Assembly: GCA_044228505.1 (NCBI GenBank)
Contig: JBGAUT010000011.1
Location: 9,094 to 73,093, forward strand
Source of the DNA: Polyangia bacterium
GTDB taxonomy: Bacteria; Myxococcota_A; Polyangia; Palsa-1104; JAEUJZ01
Direction of reading: 5' to 3'
DNA length: 64,000 nt
Positions 35,689 to 45,296 of this stretch are shown here, in pieces. The notes under the pieces are model-generated. The model made no database searches and was not told the origin of the DNA. It was given only the letters and a program-made list of their open reading frames with translations. Each line of letters starts with the position of its first letter. The stretch's first letter is position 1. Position numbers and translations under genes: made by a program.

Positions 35689-37107
35689 TTGATCATGCTC
35701 AGGCAACGAAGCTCCGATCCATTTGTCGCACTCCACCACGCCCAACGAGCCGACGCCGCCTCCCCTCCGCTCGATTCCTTACCGTGTGCGGCCCACGACG
35801 CCCCGTCCATCCCGTATGGCAGCCACGGAGCGCTCACTCCACTGTTTGTCCCCCACCCCAGCGGCCACACCATACGCCCCTGGATCTTGCGCTGTAGCGA
35901 TGGCAACGAGCGCGTCTTGGCTCGCCCGCTACGGATCGGCAGCGGCCCTGACAATGACTGGGTACTCACGGACCGCTATATCTCGCAGCAACATGCCTTG
36001 CTCGTGCCTGGCCAAGGTGGAGTGCAAGTGCAGGATCGCGGCTCACGCAATGGAACATGGGTGAACGGGGTACGGATTCGGCACGGCGAGCTACGACAGG
36101 GAGGAACGCTGCACCTGGGACAGACCGAGCTGCGACTGTTTCAGCCGATGGCCACCGGGCTCATCGGACAAAGTTCTGCCATGGTTCGGCTGCGCGAACA
36201 GATCGGTCGCTTTGCGCCGTCGGTTTTGCCCGTGCTGGTGCTTGGGGAAAGCGGGACCGGCAAGGAACTGGTCGCCAAAGCGCTGCACATCGAGAGCGGA
36301 CGCCGCGGCGAACTACTGACGGTCAACTGCGGCGCGTTGCCTCGCGAGCTCATCGAAAGTGAGCTGTTTGGCCACGAGCGGGGTGCCTTCACCGGTGCGG
36401 ACCGTCGGCATTTGGGCTGCTTTGGCGAAGCGAACGGAGGCACTCTTTTCCTCGATGAGATTGGCGAGCTGCCGCTCGAGCTCCAGCCACGCTTGCTACG
36501 CGCACTCGAAAGCCGAACGATTCGCCCGGTGGGGGCCAGCCGGGAAGTACCGATCGATGTACGGATCGTCGCGGCCACCCATCGTGACCTTCAGCAAGCG
36601 GTGCACAAGGGGCTGTTTCGTCACGACTTGTACTATCGACTCGCGGGGCTCACCGTGGACATTCCGCCCCTGCGACAGCGTCCCACCGACATCGCCCTGC
36701 TGGCTCGACATTTCCTACACGAAGCTGCGTCGGAGCTGCCCGGGCTGTCGATGGCCGACGACGAACTCGACCTGCTCACCCGCGACCAGTGGCCGGGCAA
36801 TGTCCGAGAGCTGAAAATGGCACTGCTTCGAGCGGGTCACCTGCATGGCCCGGTGCTGCTCGCCAAAGACGTACTTGCCGATCGAGCCCGCGTCACCGCA
36901 CAGACCGATGATCAAGTCCACGTCCGAGGCCGACGACTCATCGACATCGAGCGGGATGTGCTCCGCGCAGCGCTCCGTCACGCTGGTGGCAATCAGCGAG
37001 CCGCAGCAGAGCTTCTCGATCTACCAAAGTCATCGCTCAGCGACCGACTGCGCCGACTCGGCATCGCCACCAAGCGAGCCATCACCGGTGAGCCTGTCAC
37101 TGACTAA
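35689..37107 (+). CDS. Sigma-54-dependent transcriptional activator with N-terminal FHA domain
   Basis: FHA domain (RIGSGPDNDWVL...SQQHALL...GSRNGTWVNG). AAA+ sigma-54 interaction domain (GESGTGKE, GAFTGA, ESELFGHERGAFTGA). C-terminal HTH. Confidence 0.85.
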   Translation: MIMLRQRSSDPFVALHHAQRADAASPPLDSLPCAAHDAPSIPYGSHGALTPLFVPHPSGHTIRPWILRCSDGNERVLARPLRIGSGPDNDWVLTDRYISQQHALLVPGQGGVQVQDRGSRNGTWVNGVRIRHGELRQGGTLHLGQTELRLFQPMATGLIGQSSAMVRLREQIGRFAPSVLPVLVLGESGTGKELVAKALHIESGRRGELLTVNCGALPRELIESELFGHERGAFTGADRRHLGCFGEANGGTLFLDEIGELPLELQPRLLRALESRTIRPVGASREVPIDVRIVAATHRDLQQAVHKGLFRHDLYYRLAGLTVDIPPLRQRPTDIALLARHFLHEAASELPGLSMADDELDLLTRDQWPGNVRELKMALLRAGHLHGPVLLAKDVLADRARVTAQTDDQVHVRGRRLIDIERDVLRAALRHAGGNQRAAAELLDLPKSSLSDRLRRLGIATKRAITGEPVTD

Positions 37108-37604
37108 GATTGGCTTTTGCGCTTGGCCAAGTAGTCCCGGGTGATTTGGGCGGCTTGGTCGTAGCCATCGCGGATCTGATCGACCATGAACTTTTCGATC
37201 TTGCCGCCGAGGAGCGGGATCGACACCTTGATTTCACCGGCGAACTCGCGACGACAGCGACCGGGTCCAAGCGGAGTCACAGCAAACACACCCGAAAGCT
37301 GGAAACGATCTCGCATCACCGCCGGCTCGATCTGCACGTTCATCTTCGACTCAGACTTGAGGAAGACATCGATCTCGGTGTAGCCGGTCTCTTTCACCAC
37401 CGATGACGCCCATGACGGAACCGCCATGGCTGGCTCCAGCTTGACCGTCCGATAAAGCTTGGCCCCTTCGTCGCGTCGATCGGTGACTTTCCACGACCGC
37501 ATCTTGAGTCCCCGAAACAGCTCGGTCTCAAACGCTTCCGAGAAAAACATCTCCCAGAACTGAGGTGGCTCGACGTCAAAGTCGTGAACAAAGCGGAACT
37601 GCAT
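37104..37604 (-). CDS. SRPBCC-like / DUF2505-like small protein
   Basis: ~166 aa starting MQFRFVHDFDVEPPQFWEMFF, resembling the DUF2505/START-like fold. The family call is weak. Confidence 0.4.
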   Translation of the reverse strand: MQFRFVHDFDVEPPQFWEMFFSEAFETELFRGLKMRSWKVTDRRDEGAKLYRTVKLEPAMAVPSWASSVVKETGYTEIDVFLKSESKMNVQIEPAVMRDRFQLSGVFAVTPLGPGRCRREFAGEIKVSIPLLGGKIEKFMVDQIRDGYDQAAQITRDYLAKRKSQS

Positions 37605-37630
37605 CAGGGTACCTCGTCGCGCACAGAGCG

Positions 37631-37909
37631 TTAGCCGAACAGCTTCTTCAGCTCGTTTTGAATCTTGGTTTCGACGGTGGACTTGATCGGCGATAGCGCG
37701 AACGACAGATCGAGATTTACCCTCACCGTCGTGGGCTCGATTTTGATAACCCCGGTCGCCCCGGTGCGCTCGACCTTGGCCTCGGTGTCCGATACCCACT
37801 TCGAGCTAAGTCCGTACTTTTCCGACAGCTCTTTGCTCAAACCGTCGAGCTTCTGCTTGGCTTCCGCTGCGGTGACCTTGTGGCTCTGGGTGATCTCAAG
37901 CTTGGGCAT
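37631..37909 (-). CDS. Putative polyhydroxyalkanoate-system protein (PHA_gran_rgn family)
   Basis: MPKLEITQSHKVTAAEAKQKLDGLSKELSEKYGLSSKWVSD...IKIEPTTVRVNLDLSFALSPIKSTVETKIQNELKKLF matches the ~90 aa PHA_gran_rgn family in length and pattern. Confidence 0.55.
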   Translation of the reverse strand: MPKLEITQSHKVTAAEAKQKLDGLSKELSEKYGLSSKWVSDTEAKVERTGATGVIKIEPTTVRVNLDLSFALSPIKSTVETKIQNELKKLFG

Positions 37910-38019
37910 CGGATCTGCTCCTTCATTGGGCCTGCCTAGGGCAAGGCGTTTGGGAATGGACACCGGCGAACATCTTCGCCGCTAGTAGTGCCTATATCAT
38001 GTGCTAGCTTGCCGCCAAA

Positions 38020-39123
38020 ATGGACAAGTTTTCGGGCCGAGGCACAGACGACGCACGCTCTCAGCCTTTCCGCATCACCCGCTTCGCATCGTCGGGTGGT
38101 TGAGCGGCCAAAGCGGGTCCGGGCGATCTGCATGAGCTTCTAACGGGTGACGGGTCCGCTCGTCTCGGCAGCGCTGCACGACAAGCAGTGCTCGTTGGGA
38201 CAGAGACAGGCGACGACGCCGGGGTGTTCCTTGTCCGCGATCTGACCGACAGCGGGACCGGGCTGGTGCAGACGGTCGACCTCATCACTCCGCTCGTTGA
38301 CGATCCCGAATTGTTTGGTCAGATTGCCGCCGCCAACTCTCTGTCCGATGTCTACGCGATGGGTGGCCGACCGATCACGGCGCTCAACGTGTGCGTGTTT
38401 CCGAAGGAGCTTGAACCCGCCGCCGCTCGGGCCATTCTCGCTGGAGCCAATCAGAAGCTCGCCGAAGCGGACACCGCACTCCTTGGCGGCCATACCGTGC
38501 GCGGTCCAGAGCTGCTATTCGGATTGTCCGTGACCGGGATCGTCGACCCGGCCCGCATCTGGCGCAACGTCGGTGCGCGGCCTGGCGACGGACTTATCCT
38601 GACCAAGCCGCTCGGATCGGGTCTGATCGCCACCGGCTACCGTCGCGGCCTCGTATCTGCGGAAGAGCTGACGAGCTGCGCCGGGCATTTGACGACGCTC
38701 AACCGCCGCGCCGCCGAAGTGCTTGCCAGGTTTCCCGTGTCGGCAGCGACCGATGTGACTGGCTTCGGGCTCATCGGCCACAGCCTGGGAATGACCCGGC
38801 ACGGGGGCGTTTCGCTGCACATCGACTGTCGACGCTTGCCGATCTACGACGGAGCCCTCCGGCTCGCGGCCGCCCACGTCACCTGCGGCGGAGCTCGCAA
38901 CAACCGCCAAGCGTTCGCCAGCCTGGTCGCCGTCCATCCTGACGTATCGGAAGCATTGCGCGAGCTGCTGTTTGACCCGCAGACCTCGGGCGGACTGCTG
39001 GTCGCATTGCCGGCCGAGCGCTGTGAGGAAGCAGTGTTCGCCCTCATCGCGGCGTCGGTTCCGGCTGCGCTCATCGGTGAAGTCACAAAGTCCGCCAGCC
39101 AACCGCTATACGCATATTCCTAA
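38020..39123 (+). CDS. selD: Selenide, water dikinase SelD; likely selenoprotein with an in-frame UGA (Sec) at 38101..38103
   Basis: The ORF track begins at GTG 38188, but reading upstream in the same frame through TGA 38101-03 to ATG 38020 gives MDKFSGRGTDDARSQPFRITRFASSGG-U-AAKAGPGDLHELL. This aligns with E. coli SelD [24 protein letters not shown], with U at catalytic Cys17 and Lys20 conserved. The remainder is canonical SelD. Confidence 0.75.
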
Positions 39124-39193
39124 CGTCCAATACCAACTCGACGTACGTGGGCGACATATGCTTGGACAGCATGTCGGATAGTGCCCACCTAAA

Positions 39194-41407
39194 ATGATTT
39201 TTTTTATTCTGAGACGCTTTGAGCGCTCGAACCTCAATATAATAGATGCTCTATGCGCGGGACCATGGCTTATGCCTGTTGACACCGACGCAGCGTGGCC
39301 TGTCGATGAAGACCGGTACCGCGGCTGGCTCCGCTCCATCGCCGAGGGGATGCAAGGCCTGTTCTTACTCGTTGATTCAGGTGGAGTCCTGATCGATGGC
39401 TTGGCTCATGGCGCGCTGCAGAAGCGGCTGTGTGCCACCGATCTGGTCGCTGGTGTGACAATCCAGCAGCTTCTACCACTGCTCAGCACCATGCTGGAGC
39501 AGAGCCTGATGATCTGCCGGCATACCGGCCACATACAAAAAAACGATCACTCCATCGACGATCAAAAAGGCCCCCTATTTTTAAAAACACAGGTTTTTAA
39601 AAATCAACACAATTTCTATTCAATTATAATACTAGATGCTCATCATGAGCGCTCGTTGGCGATTCAGATTCAAACCTTATCTGCCGATCAAAGACAAACC
39701 GTTCGCTTACTCCATGAAATGGATTCGAGATATCGAACGCTGTTTGATGCACTGAGTGAAGGTGTGCTATTTGTCGCTAGGGATGGTCAAATTCTGGCGA
39801 CCAATGAAGCGGCGGCCCAGCTCTTTCACACCACCGTTTCCGAGTTCATCAAGCTGCGCCTCAACGGACCGCTGCCCTTCCAGTTCGTCGATGAAGAGAT
39901 GCAGCCACTCTCCGTCGAACAGCGACCGATCTTCGCCACGCTGCACGGGGGTCAGACCCGCCAAGGGTTTGTCATGGGCGTGGTGTTCCCGGCCAGCGAT
40001 CCATCGGCGAGCATTACCTGGATAGCCGTCAATTCGCGACCACTGTGGCGACCGAACGATAGCCTACCTTATGCTGCTGTGGTGTCTTTTTATGATATTA
40101 CTCTACAAAAACAGCTAGAGCGTGAACTCCACCATCGTGCTTTTCACGATCCACTCACTTCCTTACCAAATCGCAGTCTGTTCATCGATCGTCTCGATAC
40201 TTCTATTCGACAAGCCCGCCGAACCGGGGACATTGTAGCGGTATTCTTCTTGGATTTAGATGGCTTCAAAGCCATTAATGATGTAAGCGGTCATGATACT
40301 GGCGACCGATTTTTGCAAGCTGTTGCACAGCGCTTATCGGCATCCCTCCGCGATGGTGATACGGTTGCGCGATTTGGAGGCGATGAGTTCACAATCTTGC
40401 TACCGACGATTCAGACTGCAGAGGATGCGCTCCGCGTTGCAGAACGAGTGCTAGAGGAACTACATCAGCCGATCGTGATTGATGGAACATCCTACACAGC
40501 GTCTGCGAGCCTTGGCATCAGCTTGTATCCACACGATGGGAACGAATCATCGACCCTGATTCGCCACGCCGACTTGGCGATGTATCGAGTCAAAGCGCAA
40601 GGTCGCAACAACTGCCAGTTCTTCCGCGAGGAAATCAACCTCGCGACGACGCGCTGTCTCAGTCGTGAAAACGTCCTTAGTCAGGAAATCGCCCGCGATC
40701 TGTTGCGCCTGCGATTTCGCCCGTATGTCCTGCTGGAGACGGAACAAGTGGAAGCCTGGGAGGCCGAATTGTACCGCCCTGCCCACGAGGATCGGGAGCA
40801 GGAACTCATCAGCGAAGCGTCGCTCGAGGAGGGTCTGGCTCAGCAGCTATTCCGACACCTCGTCGACCAAGCCTGCCGAGCTTTTCAACATGACATCCAT
40901 CTGCGTCGACCTTCCGAGTTGCTGGTGGTGAAAATCTCGCAGCGCCACCTAGTGGGTGCGACGGCGGTCATTTCGGTGGCGACGGCACTGGAGCGCAGTG
41001 GACTGTCCCCAAATCGACTCGAAGTCGATGTCACACCGTCAGGAAATCTCAGCGATCCGGTCGCGCTGGTGGAGCCCCTGCTACAGCTTCATCATCTCGG
41101 GGTGCGACTGAGCCTGTCCTCATCGGCGACGACCAGCTTGCCGCTGGAATATCTACCGCATCTTCCGGTGTCGTCGATGACGCTACCCGAACCGATCTGG
41201 CGACGGAGCTTCGAGGACCAAAAGACCGCCGCGCTATGTGAAGGACTGATCGCGCTGGCCGAGCGGCTCGGGCTGTCCGTCACCGCTGCCGGAATCAACT
41301 CGCATAGCGAACGGCAGACCGCCCTGACCCGAGGCTGTCGACGAGGACACGGTCCGCTGTGGCCGATGGTATCCGCACTACCAGAGCCCCCTTTTAGCCA
41401 GGGCTAG
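39194..41407 (+). CDS. PAS-GGDEF-(degenerate EAL) cyclic-di-GMP signalling protein
   Basis: PAS domain (YRTLFDALSEGVLFVARDGQILATNEAAAQLF). GGDEF domain with an intact RFGGDEF motif. The C-terminal EAL-like domain lacks the EAL and DDFG signatures. An alternative start lies near 39273. Confidence 0.7.
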   Translation: MIFFILRRFERSNLNIIDALCAGPWLMPVDTDAAWPVDEDRYRGWLRSIAEGMQGLFLLVDSGGVLIDGLAHGALQKRLCATDLVAGVTIQQLLPLLSTMLEQSLMICRHTGHIQKNDHSIDDQKGPLFLKTQVFKNQHNFYSIIILDAHHERSLAIQIQTLSADQRQTVRLLHEMDSRYRTLFDALSEGVLFVARDGQILATNEAAAQLFHTTVSEFIKLRLNGPLPFQFVDEEMQPLSVEQRPIFATLHGGQTRQGFVMGVVFPASDPSASITWIAVNSRPLWRPNDSLPYAAVVSFYDITLQKQLERELHHRAFHDPLTSLPNRSLFIDRLDTSIRQARRTGDIVAVFFLDLDGFKAINDVSGHDTGDRFLQAVAQRLSASLRDGDTVARFGGDEFTILLPTIQTAEDALRVAERVLEELHQPIVIDGTSYTASASLGISLYPHDGNESSTLIRHADLAMYRVKAQGRNNCQFFREEINLATTRCLSRENVLSQEIARDLLRLRFRPYVLLETEQVEAWEAELYRPAHEDREQELISEASLEEGLAQQLFRHLVDQACRAFQHDIHLRRPSELLVVKISQRHLVGATAVISVATALERSGLSPNRLEVDVTPSGNLSDPVALVEPLLQLHHLGVRLSLSSSATTSLPLEYLPHLPVSSMTLPEPIWRRSFEDQKTAALCEGLIALAERLGLSVTAAGINSHSERQTALTRGCRRGHGPLWPMVSALPEPPFSQG

Positions 41408-41408
41408 T

Positions 41409-41843
41409 CTACTCGGTAGTTTCACTGGCAGCAGCGACGAACAATGCGTTCTTCGCCGACTCACCGCGTGGGCCTTTTTCGGCCGCCCAGCGCTCAAGCA
41501 CCGTGCGTGCCTCGTGCCGAACTGTGCGATCAGAATCGAACTGAGCAACATGCCCAAGCAGCGGCACCGTCTCCGCGAAACCAAGCCGTCGCATCGCCAT
41601 CACCGCCGACCTTCGGGCACTCGGTTCCGTGCGATGCAAGACCGCTTCCAGCGACGGGAGAGCAGCTCGTCCATGGGAAGCCAGGGTCCGCAGCGCTTGT
41701 TCCTGAACCTCGCCGTGGGTCGTCACCAACAGCTCGATGCTGGCCTTCAAATCCACGGGCTGTTCGAGGCAAGCGGTAAGCAGTAGCGCCAAGAGCCAAG
41801 CGCTTCCATCGATCTCCGAGGAAACCAACCAGCGACGAAGCAT
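41409..41843 (-). CDS. Small HEAT-repeat (PBS-lyase-like) protein
   Basis: Repeats such as RRSAVMAMRRLG and VRHEARTVLER. The start overlaps the stop of the upstream epimerase gene. The ORF track extends to 41924. Confidence 0.45.
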   Translation of the reverse strand: MLRRWLVSSEIDGSAWLLALLLTACLEQPVDLKASIELLVTTHGEVQEQALRTLASHGRAALPSLEAVLHRTEPSARRSAVMAMRRLGFAETVPLLGHVAQFDSDRTVRHEARTVLERWAAEKGPRGESAKNALFVAAASETTE

Positions 41844-42826
41844 CAACGCTCGCTTTCCAGCTTGCGACGATACCAAGCAATCGTCTCGCTCAAACCTTCT
41901 TCGAGATCGAAACGCGGCTCCCAATGAAGTAGCTCCCGGGCCTTCGTCACCGAGGGCACCCGCAGCTCGACATCGGCATGATCCCAGCGCACAAACTCAA
42001 TCGGAGAGGAAGACCCGCACAGCCTACGAATGAGCTGCGCCAGGTTATAGACTGTCACCGTCGAACGCGGGTTGCCGATGTTAAAGGCCTGCCCGCTCGC
42101 CTCTGGTGTAACCAGCGCCAGCATCGTCGCGTCGATGATGTCATCGATGTAACACCAGGCGCGAATCTGCGAGCCGTCGTTGTGAATCATGAGCGGCTCA
42201 CCACGCAGCGCCCGCACGATGAAGTGATGCACCGCGCCCTCGCCGATCTGACGAGGACCATAGATATTAAATGGCCGCACGGTCACCGCCGGAAACTGAT
42301 ACTGACGGTGGTAGGTCATGGCCAAGTGCTCGGTGGCCAGCTTCGACACCGCATAGGTCCAGCGTGCTTCACCTACCGCACCGACGGTGGTCGCATCCAA
42401 CTCGCTGACCTGGTAGGCATAGCGACCAAAGACCTCACTCGTCGAAAAGTCGATGAAGCGACGACAACCACCCGCCTCGTGCGCCGCCTCCAGCAGGTTC
42501 GCCGTCCCTAGCAGAGACACCCGCATCGTCTGCGTCGGCATCCGCATCACCGTATCGACGCCCGCGATCGAGGCCAAGTGAATCACCAAATCGGTATCTT
42601 TCACCGCCCGGCGCACGGCCTCTTGGTCAAGCACATCCCCCACGACCAACTCGACGTTCTTGTGCTCATGAAGCCCCGCCGGACGCAGCGCATCACGGCG
42701 CATCACATCGAGCACCCGCACCCGATTGTGGGTTCGTAGCTTCTCGACGAGGTGCGAGCCAATAAAACCAGCTCCGCCTGTCACAAGCACATGGGCGTCG
42801 CGCAGATCAGTGTTTGCCATCGACAT
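41843..42826 (-). CDS. NAD-dependent epimerase/dehydratase (UDP-glucuronate decarboxylase / dTDP-glucose 4,6-dehydratase family)
   Basis: Rossmann motif VLVTGGAGFIGSHLV. Extended-SDR Y-x3-K-type catalytic region (YAVSKLATE). Confidence 0.8.
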   Translation of the reverse strand: MSMANTDLRDAHVLVTGGAGFIGSHLVEKLRTHNRVRVLDVMRRDALRPAGLHEHKNVELVVGDVLDQEAVRRAVKDTDLVIHLASIAGVDTVMRMPTQTMRVSLLGTANLLEAAHEAGGCRRFIDFSTSEVFGRYAYQVSELDATTVGAVGEARWTYAVSKLATEHLAMTYHRQYQFPAVTVRPFNIYGPRQIGEGAVHHFIVRALRGEPLMIHNDGSQIRAWCYIDDIIDATMLALVTPEASGQAFNIGNPRSTVTVYNLAQLIRRLCGSSSPIEFVRWDHADVELRVPSVTKARELLHWEPRFDLEEGLSETIAWYRRKLESER

Positions 42827-44165
42827 GGCCGCGCATGCTAGCTGGGATTTGCGGCGCGGCGCTCGTCTTTTTGTCGTCCGCTCCGGCATCTTCAGGGGGT
42901 TGCCCCCGCAAATAACGCAGCCGTTCCCCGAGCGTTCGCTCGTAGCCGCTCGACGAAGGCTGGTACAGCGTGACGTCGCGCAGTCGGTCAGGCAGGTAGT
43001 CGCGCATCATCTTCGTCGGAGCGTTGCGCAAATGCAGCGGCACCGGCAGCGCACCATGCTGCTCGACGACTCGCTTGGCCGCTTGATAGGTCACTATCGC
43101 GCTGTTCGACTTCGGGGCCAGCGCCAGATAGATCGCCGCTTCGCTCATGGGCAACGTCCCCTCGGGGAGTCCGATAAACCGGACCGCGTCTGTCGCAGCC
43201 ATCGCCACTTGCAGCGCCCGCGGATCAGCAACTCCAATGTCCTCAGCCGCAAAAATGACCATCCTCCGCATCACAAACAGCGGATCCTCCCCCGCCTCCA
43301 GCATCCTCGCCATCCAATAGACCGCCGCATCGGGATCCGAGCCGCGCAGGCTCTTAATGAACGCCGACACCACGTTGTAATGCTCATCACCGCTTTTGTC
43401 GTAGAGCAGCACCTTGCGCTGAAGAGCTTCCTCGACCGTCTGCCGTTCAATGACGCGTCGTCCTTGCTCGTCGAGATGGGTAGCGTGATGGGCTGCGACC
43501 TCGAGCGCCCCGAGCGCCCGCCGACCGTCTCCTCCCGACTGTTCCGCCAAGAACTCACGGGCCTCGTCACTGAGCAGCAGCCGCTGCGCCCCAAGACCGC
43601 GCTCCGAGTCACGCATCGCCCGATCGAGCAGATTGCCAAGCTGCGCTTCGCTTAGCGCCGTCAGGTTCACCACCCGACAGCGTGACAGGAGCGCAGCGTT
43701 GACCTCGAAGGACGGATTTTCCGTCGTCGCCCCGATCAGCACCACGGTCCCGTGCTCCACGTGCGGGAGCAGCGCGTCCTGCTGTGCTTTGTTAAATCGA
43801 TGAATTTCGTCGAGAAACAGGACTGTTCGTCCGCCCCTTGCCCGCTCGTACTCGGCTTCGCTTACCGCCGCCCGCACTTCCTTGACGCCCGCCGTTACCG
43901 CAGACAGCGAGACAAAGCGCGCCCCAAGCTGCGCCGCCAGAATCTTCGCAAGCGTAGTCTTGCCCGTGCCCGGCGGTCCCCACAGAATCAGCGAGGGCAA
44001 CTGCTTCGACTGAAGCGCCCGCTCCAGCAGCTTGCCCGGTCCCAGAAGGTGCTCTTGCCCGATGAACTCTTCCAGGCTCCGGGGTCGCATTCGCTCTGCC
44101 AGGGGCGCGCCTGCGTCGACCGCTCCGTCCGAGTTCGCACTCTGTAGCCGAGAAAATAGATCCAC
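42807..44165 (-). CDS. rarA: Replication-associated recombination protein A (RarA/MgsA AAA+ ATPase)
   Basis: Walker A ([15 protein letters not shown]), Walker B ([11 protein letters not shown]) and a C-terminal MgsA helical-lid/tetramerisation region. Confidence 0.85.
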   Translation of the reverse strand: MDLFSRLQSANSDGAVDAGAPLAERMRPRSLEEFIGQEHLLGPGKLLERALQSKQLPSLILWGPPGTGKTTLAKILAAQLGARFVSLSAVTAGVKEVRAAVSEAEYERARGGRTVLFLDEIHRFNKAQQDALLPHVEHGTVVLIGATTENPSFEVNAALLSRCRVVNLTALSEAQLGNLLDRAMRDSERGLGAQRLLLSDEAREFLAEQSGGDGRRALGALEVAAHHATHLDEQGRRVIERQTVEEALQRKVLLYDKSGDEHYNVVSAFIKSLRGSDPDAAVYWMARMLEAGEDPLFVMRRMVIFAAEDIGVADPRALQVAMAATDAVRFIGLPEGTLPMSEAAIYLALAPKSNSAIVTYQAAKRVVEQHGALPVPLHLRNAPTKMMRDYLPDRLRDVTLYQPSSSGYERTLGERLRYLRGQPPEDAGADDKKTSAAPQIPASMRGHVDGKH

Positions 44166-44174
44166 GCGGCGACG

Positions 44175-45284
44175 CTAGTACAAAGCGTCGCGCAGCGACA
44201 GCCCGAGCCCGTTTCCCGACGGAAGCACCAGCTTTGCCGAACGACCATGATACGGACTCGACTGCGTAAACCGCTCTGTCAAAAAGAACGGCGTATCGAG
44301 ATCACACACCGAGATCAGCCCAGTTCCACACACCGCATGCAGCGAGGCCGTCATCGCGATCTCACTTTCCACCATCCCACCTATCATCAGCGGAATGCGA
44401 TGGCGACGAGCCAGCTCGGCGATAAGCAGCGACTCGCGTACCCCTGACTTCATAAACTTGAGGTTTAGCATTCTCGCCGCCTGCGACTCGAACACGCGGA
44501 TCGCATCGTGGACCGTTCGGACCGATTCATCTGCACACACCGGCACCGGAATCCGCTCGCACAACTTCGCCATTCCCGCCAGATCATCGGCAGGGAGCGG
44601 CTGTTCAAAAAACAGTGGCTGCACCTGATGAGCCGCCAATCTTTCAACCAGCATCGCCGCAGCAGACTCGGTCAGTCCTTGGTTGCCATCCAAACTAAAG
44701 CGCAAGCCTGGACCGGTGCAGGCGCACAGCGCCATGACCCGAGCCACATCGTCATCCACCGAGCCGCCCCCCACTTTGACCTTCACAAACGGAAACTGGT
44801 ACTCCACAAAGTGTCGATAGAAATACTCGACCTCCTCGGGTGCCAGCCTCGGCAAAGTGATGTCTGTCTCGGTGCAGCCAAGCTGTGCCCTCCCCCACAA
44901 CGCGCCGAGCGGCACCCTCATCTGTCGCGCATGCAGATCCCACAGCGCAAGCTCGACGCCCGCTAGTGCCGTCGGCGTCTGCGAAAACGCCGGCCACAGC
45001 TCATCGTGTATCAATTGCAGCGCTGCCGCTGGAGTCCGCCCAATCATCCCGCTGACGAGCTGCTTACACGCAGGCAGCACCGTCTGCTGAGTATCCCCGG
45101 TCAGGACCGGAAACGGTGCCGCTTCGCCGATTGCCTCGCAGCCCTCGGCATCCCGCAGCACGATAAGGACGTTCTGCACTTCCTCGATCGAGCCTGAAGA
45201 GATGTGAAACGGTACGTGCAGCGTCGAACAGAGCGGTAGAACCTGGGCGGCAGCGATCGGCAACAGTCGCATGTGATTCCTCAT
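44175..45284 (-). CDS. Enolase-superfamily enzyme (mandelate racemase / muconate lactonising family; dipeptide-epimerase or OSBS-like)
   Basis: Capping domain plus TIM barrel with KVKVG...LDGNQGL...DES...MIGGMVES metal and acid/base positions. Confidence 0.65.
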   Translation of the reverse strand: MRNHMRLLPIAAAQVLPLCSTLHVPFHISSGSIEEVQNVLIVLRDAEGCEAIGEAAPFPVLTGDTQQTVLPACKQLVSGMIGRTPAAALQLIHDELWPAFSQTPTALAGVELALWDLHARQMRVPLGALWGRAQLGCTETDITLPRLAPEEVEYFYRHFVEYQFPFVKVKVGGGSVDDDVARVMALCACTGPGLRFSLDGNQGLTESAAAMLVERLAAHQVQPLFFEQPLPADDLAGMAKLCERIPVPVCADESVRTVHDAIRVFESQAARMLNLKFMKSGVRESLLIAELARRHRIPLMIGGMVESEIAMTASLHAVCGTGLISVCDLDTPFFLTERFTQSSPYHGRSAKLVLPSGNGLGLSLRDALY

Positions 45285-45296
45285 GGAACCACGCGA

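Noticed and set aside
39111-39225. Intrinsic terminator after selD
   Set aside because: The T8 run at 39213-39220 is not preceded by a convincing GC-rich hairpin. The AT-rich stretch more likely belongs to the promoter region of the downstream GGDEF gene.
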